Below are positions 27,475 to 39,292 of a stretch of 64,000 nucleotides of DNA, in pieces. The notes below the pieces were generated by a model that was given only the letters and a program-made list of their open reading frames with translations, searched no databases and was not told the DNA's origin. Position 1 is the first letter of the stretch, and every line of letters starts with the position of its first letter. The DNA comes from Octopus vulgaris (taxonomy: Eukaryota). The stretch covers positions 179,490,001-179,554,000 of the forward strand of contig OX597816.1 in assembly GCA_951406725.2 (NCBI GenBank). The letters are read 5' to 3'. The translations under genes and the position numbers were made by a program.

Positions 27475-28171
27475 CTAGCACTATGACCCGGTGCTGTTGG
27501 GTCTAGTGCTAGTCAAGCATATTTGGTCTTTCATGAAAATCCCGCTCCCTTGTCATTCACTTGGTCTAACTCGTTAATTATTCCCTGCATTTCTCAAATC
27601 AAAAAAGCTTGCACGTCTGAAAGCCAAAACACAAAAATGCACAGTCATACAGACTGTCTGCAAATGCACATGCGCATCCAACTGTCAGGTGTAAAATTAT
27701 CTCCATCCAATCAAAAAACAGACATTTTGCCATTTATAGATATAGAGATTTTAAGCAAACGTTCAGAAATTCTCTGGGAAACTGGAAAATCCAGAAATCC
27801 GGGACATTTCCAGATCTAAATTGGATAAATTGGTCTGGTACAGTATTGAGGAGTGATACATAACAAAGGGAGGGAAATGCAAAGTTTTAAAGAGTTATTT
27901 CCCTTGCTATGGTTTTATATCTTTAGATTAAACTCCTGGATTAAGTGAGTTACGTCCCTTGTATTAAAGACTTTTGTTACATGAAACATAAGGGGTCGGT
28001 TTATCGATTTTTTTAAATGGCTTTCAGGGGTAACTGGGAAATGAAAAGATCTTCACAACCACCCTTGGACAGTTTTGAATGACCATAGAAAGTGCAAGCC
28101 CTCTAACTGAAAAATTGTGGATTTGTATAAAGGACACACACACAGACATTTTGACGTTTATATATAGAGAG
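27475..28171 (-). mobile_element. Helitron-like element, possibly compound
   Basis: CTAG end with hairpin; two TCTCT..TATAAA 5'-like ends (about 27748 and 28171). Confidence 0.55.
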
Positions 28172-29359
28172 ATTATTTTAGGTGGTGAGCTGGCAGAATC
28201 ATTACCTTGCCAGGCAAAATGCTTAGCAGTATTTCATATGTTTTTACATTCCAAGTTCAAATTCCACCAAGGTCGGCTTCACTTTTCATCCTTTTGGAAT
28301 TAATAAAGTAAGTTAACAGTTGAGCACTGGGATCAATGTAATCAACTTACTCACTTCCTCAAAATTGCTGGCTTTGTGCCAAAATTTGAAATCAATATTT
28401 AAGTTTCTTTTCATTTTATAGTAAGAAAAATTATCTATAAGCTAGAAAAATGACTTTTATTCATTATATGATAAATAATTTAATGGCATTTGAAGAAATC
28501 AACGTTGTGACTTCTGCAGCATGGATTCAAACTTGCATTGCCATATTAGGAATTTCAAGTCATGACTTAACAATGGTTTGGTCATTTGTGCAACTGAGTT
28601 ACTGTCCAGTCAGCAGCTGGTGTTCATGTGATAGTTTCTCCAGATCGCCTGGAAGCTTCTACAAACACAGCCTATAAATAGAGTCCTTTTCACACCAGTT
28701 TCGGTATATTTTTGGGAGCAATATGAAATGCGGATTCTGCTGTAGTCATTCTAGTGACTACATATTTAACCGATATGTGATGATAGTAGAAGACAATGAA
28801 ACACTAATGTATATATGGTCCAATGTTAATTCAGTCTTCGTGCCTAGCTTTGATATCCATTTTACATGTTGAAAGTGCTCCATCTTGCTTACTCTACATG
28901 TAGATTTGTAATGCATAAACATCTTTTCACAACCAGTATGACATCACAAATCATGTTTAAATGTTTGCTTTGTGTAGTTTAGTTATTATATGTAGCTTTT
29001 CCATGAACTAACCACAACTCATTCCAGTGACATTGGTACAACAGGAAACACTTCCAGAGGGTAATTTCAGTTAATATTAAGAAATATGGAAAAAAATAAT
29101 GTATTTGAATTTGACATTAACTATGTTTAGCATGTCAATTCTCAAGATAAACTATTTGCCCATGGCTTCCAGTCAGTCTCTTGGAGAAGATTTTTGTTTT
29201 GTCAGCTATCACAGCTTTTAGCACTCATCTTGACTCACAATTTTCCTGTACCCCAAAATGTTATTTTAAACCATCCCCACCATACATACACTCTTCATCT
29301 CATATGTCAATCAACTACATACCATCACCTCTAGCGATGTCCACTTATATGCAGCTGAT

Positions 29360-30120
29360 ACTATCCTTCATCCCATTCTAGCATTCATCCATATGAAAAC
29401 AACTTTATGAAGAGAGACCTCGCTATTGTGGATAGGAAAATCTTATCTTCTTTAACAGTAAAAAGACAATCACTACACATATTAAGCAAAAATATTATAT
29501 TTCACTCCAACCTAAACATAACAACAAGTCACTACAAATGCTAGATCACAAGAGCACTAATGATCTCTTCTGGAAATGTCATACTGTCGACTAGCAAAGA
29601 CTACATCAGAAAATAACTGGCCTTCCTCTACAGGATCAGAAAATATATCAGTTTCTTAACAATTTCCAACATTATACAAAACTAAAGTGAAACCCACAAA
29701 GGAACTGTAAGATATTTTAAGCTACTTCCCAAAAGAACCACTTGAGACTTGCAGATCATCACTGCTAACGCACAGACAGGCTGTCACTTCACACGGCCTT
29801 TTATTCTACAATTACAGTGGCCTCTTTCTCTTGGAGTTAGTCACTCTAGTGCCACCTCATTAGAGGCCCTGCTGACTCTTTCATCATGCATATTGTATCA
29901 ACACTTTCACGCACTGCAGTAATCACTACAGAGATTAGTTCTTCCTCCTCAGAACATCAGTTCCCCTCCCTTCCTGCTCATGGTTTTCTGGTAGCCATCG
30001 GGTTACAGCTGTTCAAGAGAAACATCAACCATATCAAACTCACCAATTAAAAGGTTCTGTGAAGGCCATGGGCACACCCACTCTTCTAGGCCAAATAATT
30101 AAAAATAAATAAATAAAACT
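29360..30120 (+). mobile_element. Decayed CR1/L2-like LINE 3' end
   Basis: LFY.YSGL...EL..LVP-like segment followed by an (AAAT)n tail. Confidence 0.4.
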
Positions 30121-30730
30121 TGTGAGAGGTGATCATAATTATTATCATTTTATGTTTGCTTTACATTCTGATATGAATTGGACAGTTGCCACTCTCTGAG
30201 TTCATATTTGGAATTACTCCTTCCTACATAGGTTGGAGGATACGTCTTGCTCATATACTCCATTTTTGATTTGTTTTTTTTTTTAGTTGAATGCTATTAC
30301 TAACACCACCATCTTAATAGAATGTACCGGGTGAATTTTATTATGGCACCAACACTAGAGTCATGTCCTCAACAAAATAAGACTAAACTTTTCTCTGCTT
30401 TACAACATGTAATGTGTACATTTTATAATGACACCAGCTCAATGTTGTTCCAAACAATGTGACCAATAGAGAAATAGAAAAGAAGGCAATAATAGATGAA
30501 TAAGAGTAAGATGGAGAATATATAGTGCATATTCGCAAAACTATTAAATATGTTCCTATTAACATTCTATCTCAAACTGGTGTATATGTATTTTAGTAAT
30601 CTTAGAGGTATGAAAGGTCATGTTTAGTGAATTTTCATGCTTCTAATCATACAATCAGTAAAGTGTCTTTTGGTATGATAAATAAAGAAAAAAATTAATT
30701 ACATCACCAAAATAGCAAAATAAAACATAC

Positions 30731-30800
30731 CAAGTCTGCTCCAGCCATTAGCTGAGCAAATTTCCAAGTTGCTAATTATTGTTGGATTATTAAAAAAGCT
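30731..30800 (-). CDS. CFAP300: CFAP300 coding exon 3 (SFFNNPTIISNLEICSANGWSRLG)
   Basis: tttcAG acceptor, GTATG donor, 70 nt, phase 0 to 1; resembles AFFKDPNVIPNL...W..LG. Confidence 0.9.
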
Positions 30801-31734
30801 CTGAAATAAATAAAAAATGTACATAGAAGTTATACTATCATTTTATTCTTGGTTAAAGTGAGACTCTCACAAAAACTAGATGACAAATAATTCAACCTTG
30901 AATATATTGACCGTCAGATGGCAGTTGACATAATTTTACACTTGAAAAGCTGTTTAGCAAAAAAGAAATCTATGTATCAATGAATGGTTTGTCATAGTCT
31001 TCTTTTTCTTTTTATGTCTTCAGTTCTATTAAAGACATTCAAGAATTATGTTATTGAGGAAATAATTATTTAAATGATCTTGAAAATGTTATCCTTTACA
31101 AGCTTCTTTGCACAGTTTTTTTTTTTTGATTTTCAAAGAAGTAACTACAGAGGTTTGAATGCACTTGAGTCAAAAGACATTAAAAACATTCTGGATAACG
31201 ATCCAAAGAATTCATAAATTTCAGCTTTTTATTGTTGTTGGAAGTATGAGTGAGTGTATGTGAAGTTTTCAAAAGTATTTGATCACTCATCATTGGCCAT
31301 GTCTGTAGCATATCCATTGCATTGATAACAATACTAATGCATTTACTCACAAACTCTTACATAATGATGTGGCCATTACTAATACTTTAGTGGCATGTGC
31401 TACTTTGAAAACATCTGTTGGAAACTAGTAGTGACTAAACTAGAAGGAATAGATGGCTACAAAAAAGAGATGTTAACCTCAACAAACTAGATAGGCATGA
31501 AATATTTACAACTCTGACATCAACAAACAACATCAGTATACATCACTTCAATTGCACACAACCACAATAAGAAACCTTTTGAATATTTCTGAAAGGTGCA
31601 GTAAATCCTGTTATTAAGTGGGTCTAGATATTAGAGGAAGGAAATGGGTAGAATATAAGGAGGTGCTGAAAAGTTCCTGGCTTTGGGTAAAAGAAGATAC
31701 AAGAGGATCAGTTAATTATGATTTTATTCAACTG

Positions 31735-32277
31735 CAAAGACCTGTTGAGGCAAGTGAAATCAAAATCAAAATCAAAATCAATTCGATGACCGGCATCTGG
31801 CTAGTGGGGTGCAAAGAGCATAACAAGAATGTGATCGTTGACAGAGCAGCTATTCGAGTATGATCATTACCAGCGTTGCCTTACTGGCACTTATGCCTGT
31901 GCTAGTAGGGTGCCAAGAGCACCATCCGAGCGTGATCGTTGCCAGAGTAGCCAACCGTACCCGTGGCACGTAAAAGGGCACCATTCGAGTGTGAGCGTTA
32001 CCAATGTCGCTTCACTGGCACCTGTGCCGGTGGCATGTGTAAAAAGATTCGAGCGAACGCATTACCAGTACCGCCTGACTGGCCCCCGTGCCGGTGGCAC
32101 GTAAAAAGCACCCACTACACTCTCGGAGTGGTTGGCATTAGGAAGGGCATCCAGCTATAGAAACTCTGCCAGATCAAGACTGGAGCCTGGTGCAGCCATC
32201 TGGTTTGCCAGCCCTCAGTCAAAATCGTCCAACCCATGCTAGTATGGAAAGCGGATGTTAAACGATGATGATGATGA
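31735..32277 (+). mobile_element. RTE 3'-UTR fragment; related pieces at about 14700-15192, 26215-26467 and 55292-55545
   Basis: GGCACGTAAAAAGCACCCACTACACTC...AGGAAGGGCATCCAGCT...GTTAAACGATGATG. Confidence 0.8.
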
Positions 32278-32557
32278 CTTGCCTCTCAGATTCACAGTGG
32301 TCCTTCAGTTTTTCTAAACCCTGTAAAAGAATTCAGAATGTTGGGCCTCCAACCAAGCCAATTGAGATATATTTGAGATATCCAGGAACTTTGAAGCACC
32401 ACCCATACAAGTAATTGAAGCTGTAAGACTGAGGCAGAATAGGTATGATAAGAGATGAAGATTAATGATAATACTTATGATAAATACCATGATTATACTA
32501 TTCAACAATATCGAAAAAGTGTTTTATAGTTAAGAAATAGATAAAACTAATACATAC

Positions 32558-32639
32558 ATTAATCAGAGTCTTGTACTGATAAGATTGAAATGCTTGATCA
32601 AAAGAAAATAGTTGAATTTTCAAAGTATCCTTCATACCC
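32558..32639 (-). CDS. CFAP300: CFAP300 coding exon 2 (GMKDTLKIQLFSFDQAFQSYQYKTLIN)
   Basis: cacAG acceptor, GTATGT donor, 82 nt, frame continues from exon 1; F.FDQ.FQSY motif of CFAP300. Confidence 0.93.
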
Positions 32640-33837
32640 CTGTGTATATAAAAAGGAAGGTAAAAAAGTAAAAAAGGCATCAAAGTTGACCATAATTAAA
32701 TGTAATTAATTATTTACCATGTCTCTGAGTCCCGGTCATAAAACCAGGAAAGCTCTCTTTAGTGATGCTGTAGCTGTAATAAAATTCTCCTGGAGTTGGA
32801 GTCTTCTCTAAGTAACTGGGATACATTCTTCCTTCATGGAAAGGATATAAGTCTATTGGAATGATTTCATAATTAATAAAGTAATTATTAGTTGTGGTTT
32901 TGCATCTTACATAGAAAAACGCTGTTGCTTTTTGGGTCCTATTTCCAATTAAGCAGACTTAACTGTTGAAAATTAAGAGGCTTTACCAGTAGCAGTTGTA
33001 TGTTTGATATTGTTAATATTAAAGCCAAGATGTCTGTAGTGGGGCTGCATGCCCAACATCCCCACTGGAAATTATTAACTGGATAAAAATATTTATTTAA
33101 ACTGCAAAGGAGACATTATATTATATTACAATTTTTCTACCCTGTATATCATATTGTTTTCAAATTGAAGCACAAGTAATTTCAGGGGAGGGGGTAAGTC
33201 AATTATATCGATCTTAGTTTTCTACTGGTATTTATTTTATCACCCACAAAAGGATGAAAGGCAAAGTCAACCTCAGCAGAATTCTCAAATTTCAATGGGT
33301 AATTCAGGACAAACTGAAAGTGATTTGCTGAACACAAATTCAAACCTACCCTTGTAACATTTTAAACTTTTTTATTTTTTGTCCCAGATCACCCCATTAT
33401 ATTCTTTTCAAGTTTGTCCTAAATTACCCTATTTTGTTTATCTAATTTTATTTGTTCCTAATTAATTACCTGCACCTTCTTTTTTTAAGTTAATCCTAAA
33501 TAATTATTTTGTTTATCCAAAAAATACCTAATATCAAATGATCGTTTTTCTAGTTTGTCCTCAGTTTTCCCATTTTGTTTATCTGAATGATGCTCTATTT
33601 TTTTTTGTTCCTAACTAATTATAATTCTTTTTTTTATTTAACCCAAATTTAGTCCTTGGAATTTGAGAACTTCAGGGCAGGTTGGTGGATTGAAAGGTGC
33701 AGCTGTGAGATAAGAAGCATGCTTCCCAACTACATAGTTCCTGGTTCAGTTTTCTACAATAAATTTAGGCCGACCAAAGCCTTGTGAGTCTATTTAGTAG
33801 ATGGAAATTGAAAGAAGCCGGTTATATGTATGCATAT

Positions 33838-34781
33838 GGGCCGTGACTGCTGAGGACATGCGTAAGCTCACAAGGAATGAAGCCAGTGCTCCGATGGATG
33901 TGTAATGTCAGTGTACATACTCGACAGAGTGTAAGTACCTTGAGAGAAAAGTTGGACCTAAGAAGTATCAGCTGTGGTGTGCAAGAGAGACGATTGTGCT
34001 GGTATGGTCATGTGGCAAGAATGGATGAAGATAGGTGTGTGGGTTGAGGGAACCTGTGGAAGAGGTAGACCCAGGAAAACCTGGGACGAGATGGTGAAGC
34101 ACGACCTTCGAACATTAGGCCTCACTGAGGCAATGACTAGTGACCGAGACCTTTGGAAATATGCTGTGCTTGAGAAGACCCGGCAGGACAAGTGAGTCCA
34201 TAACCCATGGCCTTAGCTAAGGATGTAGCCAGCCCACTTATGCATATCATTCCTTCTTTGGACATAAAACTCTGCTTGCGAAGACCTGTTGAGGCAAGTG
34301 AAATCGAAATTGAACCAAATTCTATGACTGGCACCCGGCCATTGCCAGTGCCACTGGACTGACTCCTCTGCAGGTGGCAAGTAAATAAACACCGTTTCGA
34401 CCCTGTGCTTGAGGAGACCTATTGAGTCAAGTACATCAACTTCAATGGAAATTGTAGTTGTGATCCCTGTGCCGGTGGCACATAAAAAGCACCATCCGAA
34501 TGTGACTGATGCCAGCTCCGCCTTGACTGGCTTCCATGCCGGTGGCATATAAAAAGCACCAACCAATCATGGCCATTGCCAGCCTCACCTGGCACCTGTG
34601 CTGGTGGCACGTAAAAAGCACCCACTACACTCACAGAGTGGTTGGCATTAGGAAGGGCATCCAGCTGTAGAAACACTGCCAGATCAGACTGGAGCCTGAT
34701 GCAGCCTTCTGGCTTCCCAGACCCTAGTCGAACTGTCCAACCCATGCTAACATGGGAAATGGACGTTAAACAATGATGATG
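33838..34781 (+). mobile_element. RTE LINE 3' fragment, same family as 17740-18880
   Basis: GRGRPRKTWDEMVKHDLRTLGL, shared 3' UTR, GGACGTTAAAC..GATGATG tail. Confidence 0.9.
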
Positions 34782-35708
34782 AACTCCAAGAAAGTTAGAA
34801 GTTGTGAATCCAACCCACTAAGGGATAATATCTATCCAATATACTGCTGGTAGAATACCCAATTATTAATACACAAGTGTTTTTTTTTTTTTTTGCTTCA
34901 TCGTATGTGATAGAGTTTATCGTTTATTATTATTCTTTTAAAAGTTACGACTGGTGAAATGGTTTGCTTCAATCAGAACTTAGCCCCGATTATATGGGAA
35001 TTGGTTGTGAAAAACTTTTTGGAAGGAGGGCGGGGGTAGTTTTGGATGATTCATACGAATTGACTTTGTCTCTTCATAACTTTCAGAAAGATGGAAATAT
35101 TTTAATGAAAGTTTCTTCAGATATGTTTCAAATAGTGTAAATTACGATTATGTCCGAGTTTAATGTGAAAATAAATAAATAACGAAAACAAAAAAAGAAA
35201 AACCTAGCTTACAAGATGTAAAAAATCTTTTTTTTTTTTTTGTTTAGAAGATATAAACAAAGTGAACATCTGTGAATTATCCGAAACTCCTTTCAATCTC
35301 CCTCCGAAAAAATTCCCACGAATCCCATACAATCGTAAACTCCTCTTGTAGAAAATTTCTTTAAATTCTCTGCATCTTCCTGAGAGTTACGAGGAAAGAA
35401 ATTCAGAGAGTGGGGCACACATGTGTATGTATGATCGATAAAGAAGCCCTAATTTCGATTTCTCAGATTCGAGAACATTTTTGAAAACACTGAAGATTTA
35501 ACATTGGCTTCCGATGAAGTTTCGAGAACATTTTGTAGGAAATACAGATACATTATCAATGTTTTTATCCAAGTGCTATAAAGAGGATTCCAAAATAGAA
35601 TGAAAAATAAAAGAACATTATAATCCAAAATGGATCTTTTAAAGAAAATTACTAAAGAATTATTGCATAAATTAATGCAAGGAGCATGAATTTAATGTTT
35701 TAATGCCG

Positions 35709-35742
35709 GTTGCTAAGGGAGATTGGAGGTCGTTATGGCGAC
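35709..35742. promoter_or_regulatory. Two adjacent X-box-like motifs in CFAP300 intron 1 (GTTGCTAAGGGAGA, GTCGTTATGGCGAC)
   Basis: Imperfect RFX motifs in a GC-richer patch about 0.4 kb into the first intron of a ciliary gene. Confidence 0.45.
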
Positions 35743-36113
35743 TGGCAAATGATCGTCTGCTTTTGGAGAGATGCTTACAGATGCAGGTTTTTTCGGATTT
35801 CTTTTTAAAATGAATGTATTCAATAATAAATTTGATCGAGGAATACATATGGCATTACTATAAATCACTTCATCTTAAATATGTATTATTATCAATAAAA
35901 ATATACATAAAACCGAAAGAAGTAAACCGTTATATTGATTTTTCTATATACTTACGATATATCGGTTTTAAAAAGATGGATTTAGCACATAATCAAAGTG
36001 AAATGGTTTAAAGTGAGGATTAATACTGAAAGAAAGGTTATAATGTAATATCAGTAGAAAGATTTTTCGAACGTGTGAGTCCATATGCAGAAACGGAGAA
36101 ATAGAAAACTTAC

Positions 36114-36217
36114 CATTTCATAAGAAAGTCGCAGTTGTCCTTATTTTCTGTGAATGAAAATGTTTTGCCAGGCACATGGCGGAAAGTGAAACAAGTGATT
36201 TCTCCTGAATTAGTCAT
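36114..36217 (-). CDS. CFAP300: CFAP300/C11orf70 ortholog, coding exon 1 (MTNSGEITCFTFRHVPGKTFSFTENKDNCDFLMKW)
   Basis: ATG at 36217; 104 nt ending TG|GTAAG (phase 2). Resembles the N-terminus of human CFAP300 (recalled as YFRFLPQKTF...RQW). Confidence 0.88.
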
Positions 36218-37631
36218 TTCTTTGATTCTTGTTTGTATCTTAAAAGAGAAAAGTCTTCCCAAATGTTTGGGTTAGCTTATTGCCCTAAGGTTCTGCTGAG
36301 GTCAAGGACCTTGTGATGGTGGTTGTGGATGGTTGATGGTGAGGGACTTTGTGGTGGTAACACAGAAGCTTCGAAGGACCTTATGGATAGTGGTAGTTGC
36401 TATTTTAGAAAAGGTTGTTGACAAATGACTCTGAGGTTGGTGCTTCAAGGTTATAAATTCAAAGCAAACTGAGTCAATTTCATTTTAATCTATCCAGGAA
36501 TATATAAAAGAAGTACCTGTCAAATTGTGAGCACGTATTCGGTTAACGACGAATATTCAAAAATAAAACTATAACGAGTCGTTAAGCATCACTTAGAATA
36601 AAACTAACCACAATGTAGCAATTAGAACTGGAGACTAGCTGCTTCTCCTCTGATCTATCCACCACAAAAGCAGAGCTGCTCTGGTGGTGACCTGTACTGG
36701 TAAGGTATCAGAAGTCTGTTTGGTTACTCTTCTAGAAATTGTACAACATCTCCCTCAAATAACACACTACCTTAAAAAGAAAAAAAAAGACATTTAAGGG
36801 TTGTCATTGATATATAAAAGACGGATAGTTATGACCCTGGGTCTACTCGGTCAAGACTAACTTGAGGTTAAACAGCAATAGCAACAATTACCCGCAAATG
36901 CGACAAAATAATGGGAGAAATTTAACACTTCACATCTGACATGCTGCCCTATATACGTGTATGGAATGTCACACAAAAGCCCACATAAGCCCAAACTGTG
37001 TGTAAGACTGTAGTCTGGAATAACAAACTTTCTATGTGACATATATACTGAATAACTTCTTCGATCAACTAAAATCATCCAAGCAATTAGTCAGAACTAG
37101 GGTTGGGAGGGGGGAGCTTCCTCTATGGACGTTTAAATTAAGCTCGCAAAACAACTCTAATATTAGTTGATTGAAATATTTTAACAATATGAATAATGTA
37201 GGTTGGTAAAATAAGTCAGCCTTTTGGAATAAAAAGTTATCGAGCTATCGAATAATGGTTCCAAGGTTCCTTCCTCCCAGCATAGTTCTAGCATTTGTAT
37301 CGAAGGTCCAAAAGGGCGTAACTAAATACCACAAGGGCTGTTATCCGGTGATCTATCATCTGTCAGTAACCTGCAAGTATTTAGTTGCATGGATTTATAG
37401 TTTAAGTTCAAATCCCGCCGTAATCAATCTTGCCTTTCATCCTTCAAGGATCGATGAAATATGTACTCATTGAGAACTAGATAAATCTAATCGTCTATAT
37501 GTATCTCTTAAATAAGGTCGTGTCGTTATGCAAAGAATAATTAAAGGGCAAGCGGTATATCACACCCCGATCAAGGTAACTAAAGCCGGCAAATGATGAC
37601 ACAAGGGAAGTAACTTTCGTTTAGTGTACAT

Positions 37632-37645
37632 GTTTCTATGGAAAC
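37632..37645. promoter_or_regulatory. RFX X-box GTTTCTATGGAAAC
   Basis: Fits the RFX consensus GTYNCYATRGNAAC; lies within the near-palindrome ACATGTTTCTATGGAAACATGT between two divergent genes, one of them ciliary. Confidence 0.7.
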
Positions 37646-38308
37646 ATGTCACAAAGCTTGAGCGTAGCTTCTGGTTCTGTTTTAAAGAAACAAACACCTT
37701 TTGAACTTCAGCAAATGGTCAACGATTTGCAAGAGGAAGTTGCATGTCTGAAGAAAAAGTTGGATCAACTTAGACGAGCTAAAAGTACGACGATCGTGAA
37801 ACGTGAGAGAGAAATACTTCGTATTGGTCACCCATTCGTTGCTAGAAATGCAAAAGTAGAAAACCCTAATGATGCTTCTCCAAAGACACAACCAGAGGAT
37901 AATGTTTGTGATAAAGAAACGGAAGAGAATCTGGTAAAATGTCCCGAGGCACTGCAAACAGAACTGGTAGATAAAGAAGATACTTCCCCGGTGGATCTCG
38001 ATTCTATATCGTTAGAGGCTGAAGAACAGGAGGGAAACACAGAATATATAAACTTTCTACTCGAAAGGATCGACCAGTTGCGTGGCGAAAATATGGCACT
38101 TACCATTCAAAATAAAACCCTAGAAGGTGATGTAGCAGATTTAAAGATGGAACTCAATAAAAAAGAAATGGAATGGTGTAAAAAGGAGGAACAATTAAAG
38201 AGTGAGTTTCAAACAAAGTGGAGGAGACAGTATGAAGAATGGATGAAAGATATGGAATCAAAAATGGCTGAACTACAAGCAAAGGCGCACAAATCTAAAG
38301 AGAATTAA
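37646..38308 (+). CDS. Intronless 220-aa coiled-coil protein of unknown function, divergent from CFAP300
   Basis: 663-nt repeat-free ORF in AT-rich DNA; heptad-like N-terminal ([22 protein letters not shown]) and C-terminal segments around an acidic linker; ATTAAA overlaps the stop codon. Confidence 0.75.
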   Translation: MSQSLSVASGSVLKKQTPFELQQMVNDLQEEVACLKKKLDQLRRAKSTTIVKREREILRIGHPFVARNAKVENPNDASPKTQPEDNVCDKETEENLVKCPEALQTELVDKEDTSPVDLDSISLEAEEQEGNTEYINFLLERIDQLRGENMALTIQNKTLEGDVADLKMELNKKEMEWCKKEEQLKSEFQTKWRRQYEEWMKDMESKMAELQAKAHKSKEN

Positions 38309-38340
38309 AGACAGTTAAACTCTTCTTTACAAACGCATAT

Positions 38341-38405
<65 letters not shown>

Positions 38406-38598
38406 GTGTATATATATATGTAAATATATTATATGTATATTATATGTTATATATATATTATATATTAATATTTATATATATATGTATGTAAATATATGTA
38501 TATATATGTTATATATATATATATATATATTTCGTTTTGGGATTTGGTTTGCAAGATTTTTTATATGAGTTCGTGTGTTGAAGCATATTTTGATGTGG

Positions 38599-38842
38599 CT
38601 GGGGAGAGTCATTCTCTTTTAGTGCCTTATTATTTAACACACTCACCAGTAAAATTTCCACTTGTCGCTTATTTTTATTTTCGTTGCATCTTGCAACCTT
38701 TTCAATAGAAAGTCAAAAGTATTGAAAAGGTTGCAAGATGCAACGAAAATTTTAGGAAAATAAAAAAAATAAGAAATAAGTGGAAATTTTACCGGTGAGT
38801 ATGTTACATTATAAGGCACAAAAAGAAAATGACTCTCCCCAG
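38599..38842. repeat. Foldback inverted repeat (about 110-bp arms) with a degenerate HHR-like centre
   Basis: CTGGGGAGAGTCATT...TTTTCAATA / TATTGAAAAGG...AATGACTCTCCCCAG; TTGAAAA-G-GTTGCA(aga)TGCAAC-GAAA near the centre. Confidence 0.8.
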
Positions 38843-38889
38843 ACACAATAGTATATATATATATAATATTTATATGTATATATATAATA

Positions 38890-39292
38890 CTAGCAGTATC
38901 GCCCGGCGTTGCTCGGGTTTGTAAGGGAAATAACTATATAAGCATTTTTATAGAGTTATAGCCAAAAAATAGCAAAAAAATACATTAAAAATGGAAAAAA
39001 AATTATGGTAAATTTTTTTTTAAATCGTTGACTCATCGTAAACATTTTTAGAGAGTTACTTCCCTTATATAATAGCGAAAAAATGCATTAAAATGGAAAA
39101 AAAATGATGTTGAATTTTTTTTTAAATCATAGACTCATCGTAGACGCGCGCTAATACCCAGAAGGGCGCGCTAATACCCAAAGGGGACTACAAGATACCC
39201 GGTTTTGGTTAAACTGCACCACAAAATGTGGGAGTAGTTAGGAATCTAAATCGTAGGAGACAGACACACAACTTCACTTTTATATATAAAGA
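38890..39292 (-). mobile_element. Non-autonomous Helitron, same family
   Basis: 5'-TC, CCCGAGCAACGCCGGG hairpin, CTAG-3', inserted in an AT dinucleotide. Confidence 0.8.

Noticed and set aside
37682-38106. Minus-strand ORFs of 91-92 aa
   Set aside because: Antisense shadows of the 220-aa ORF.
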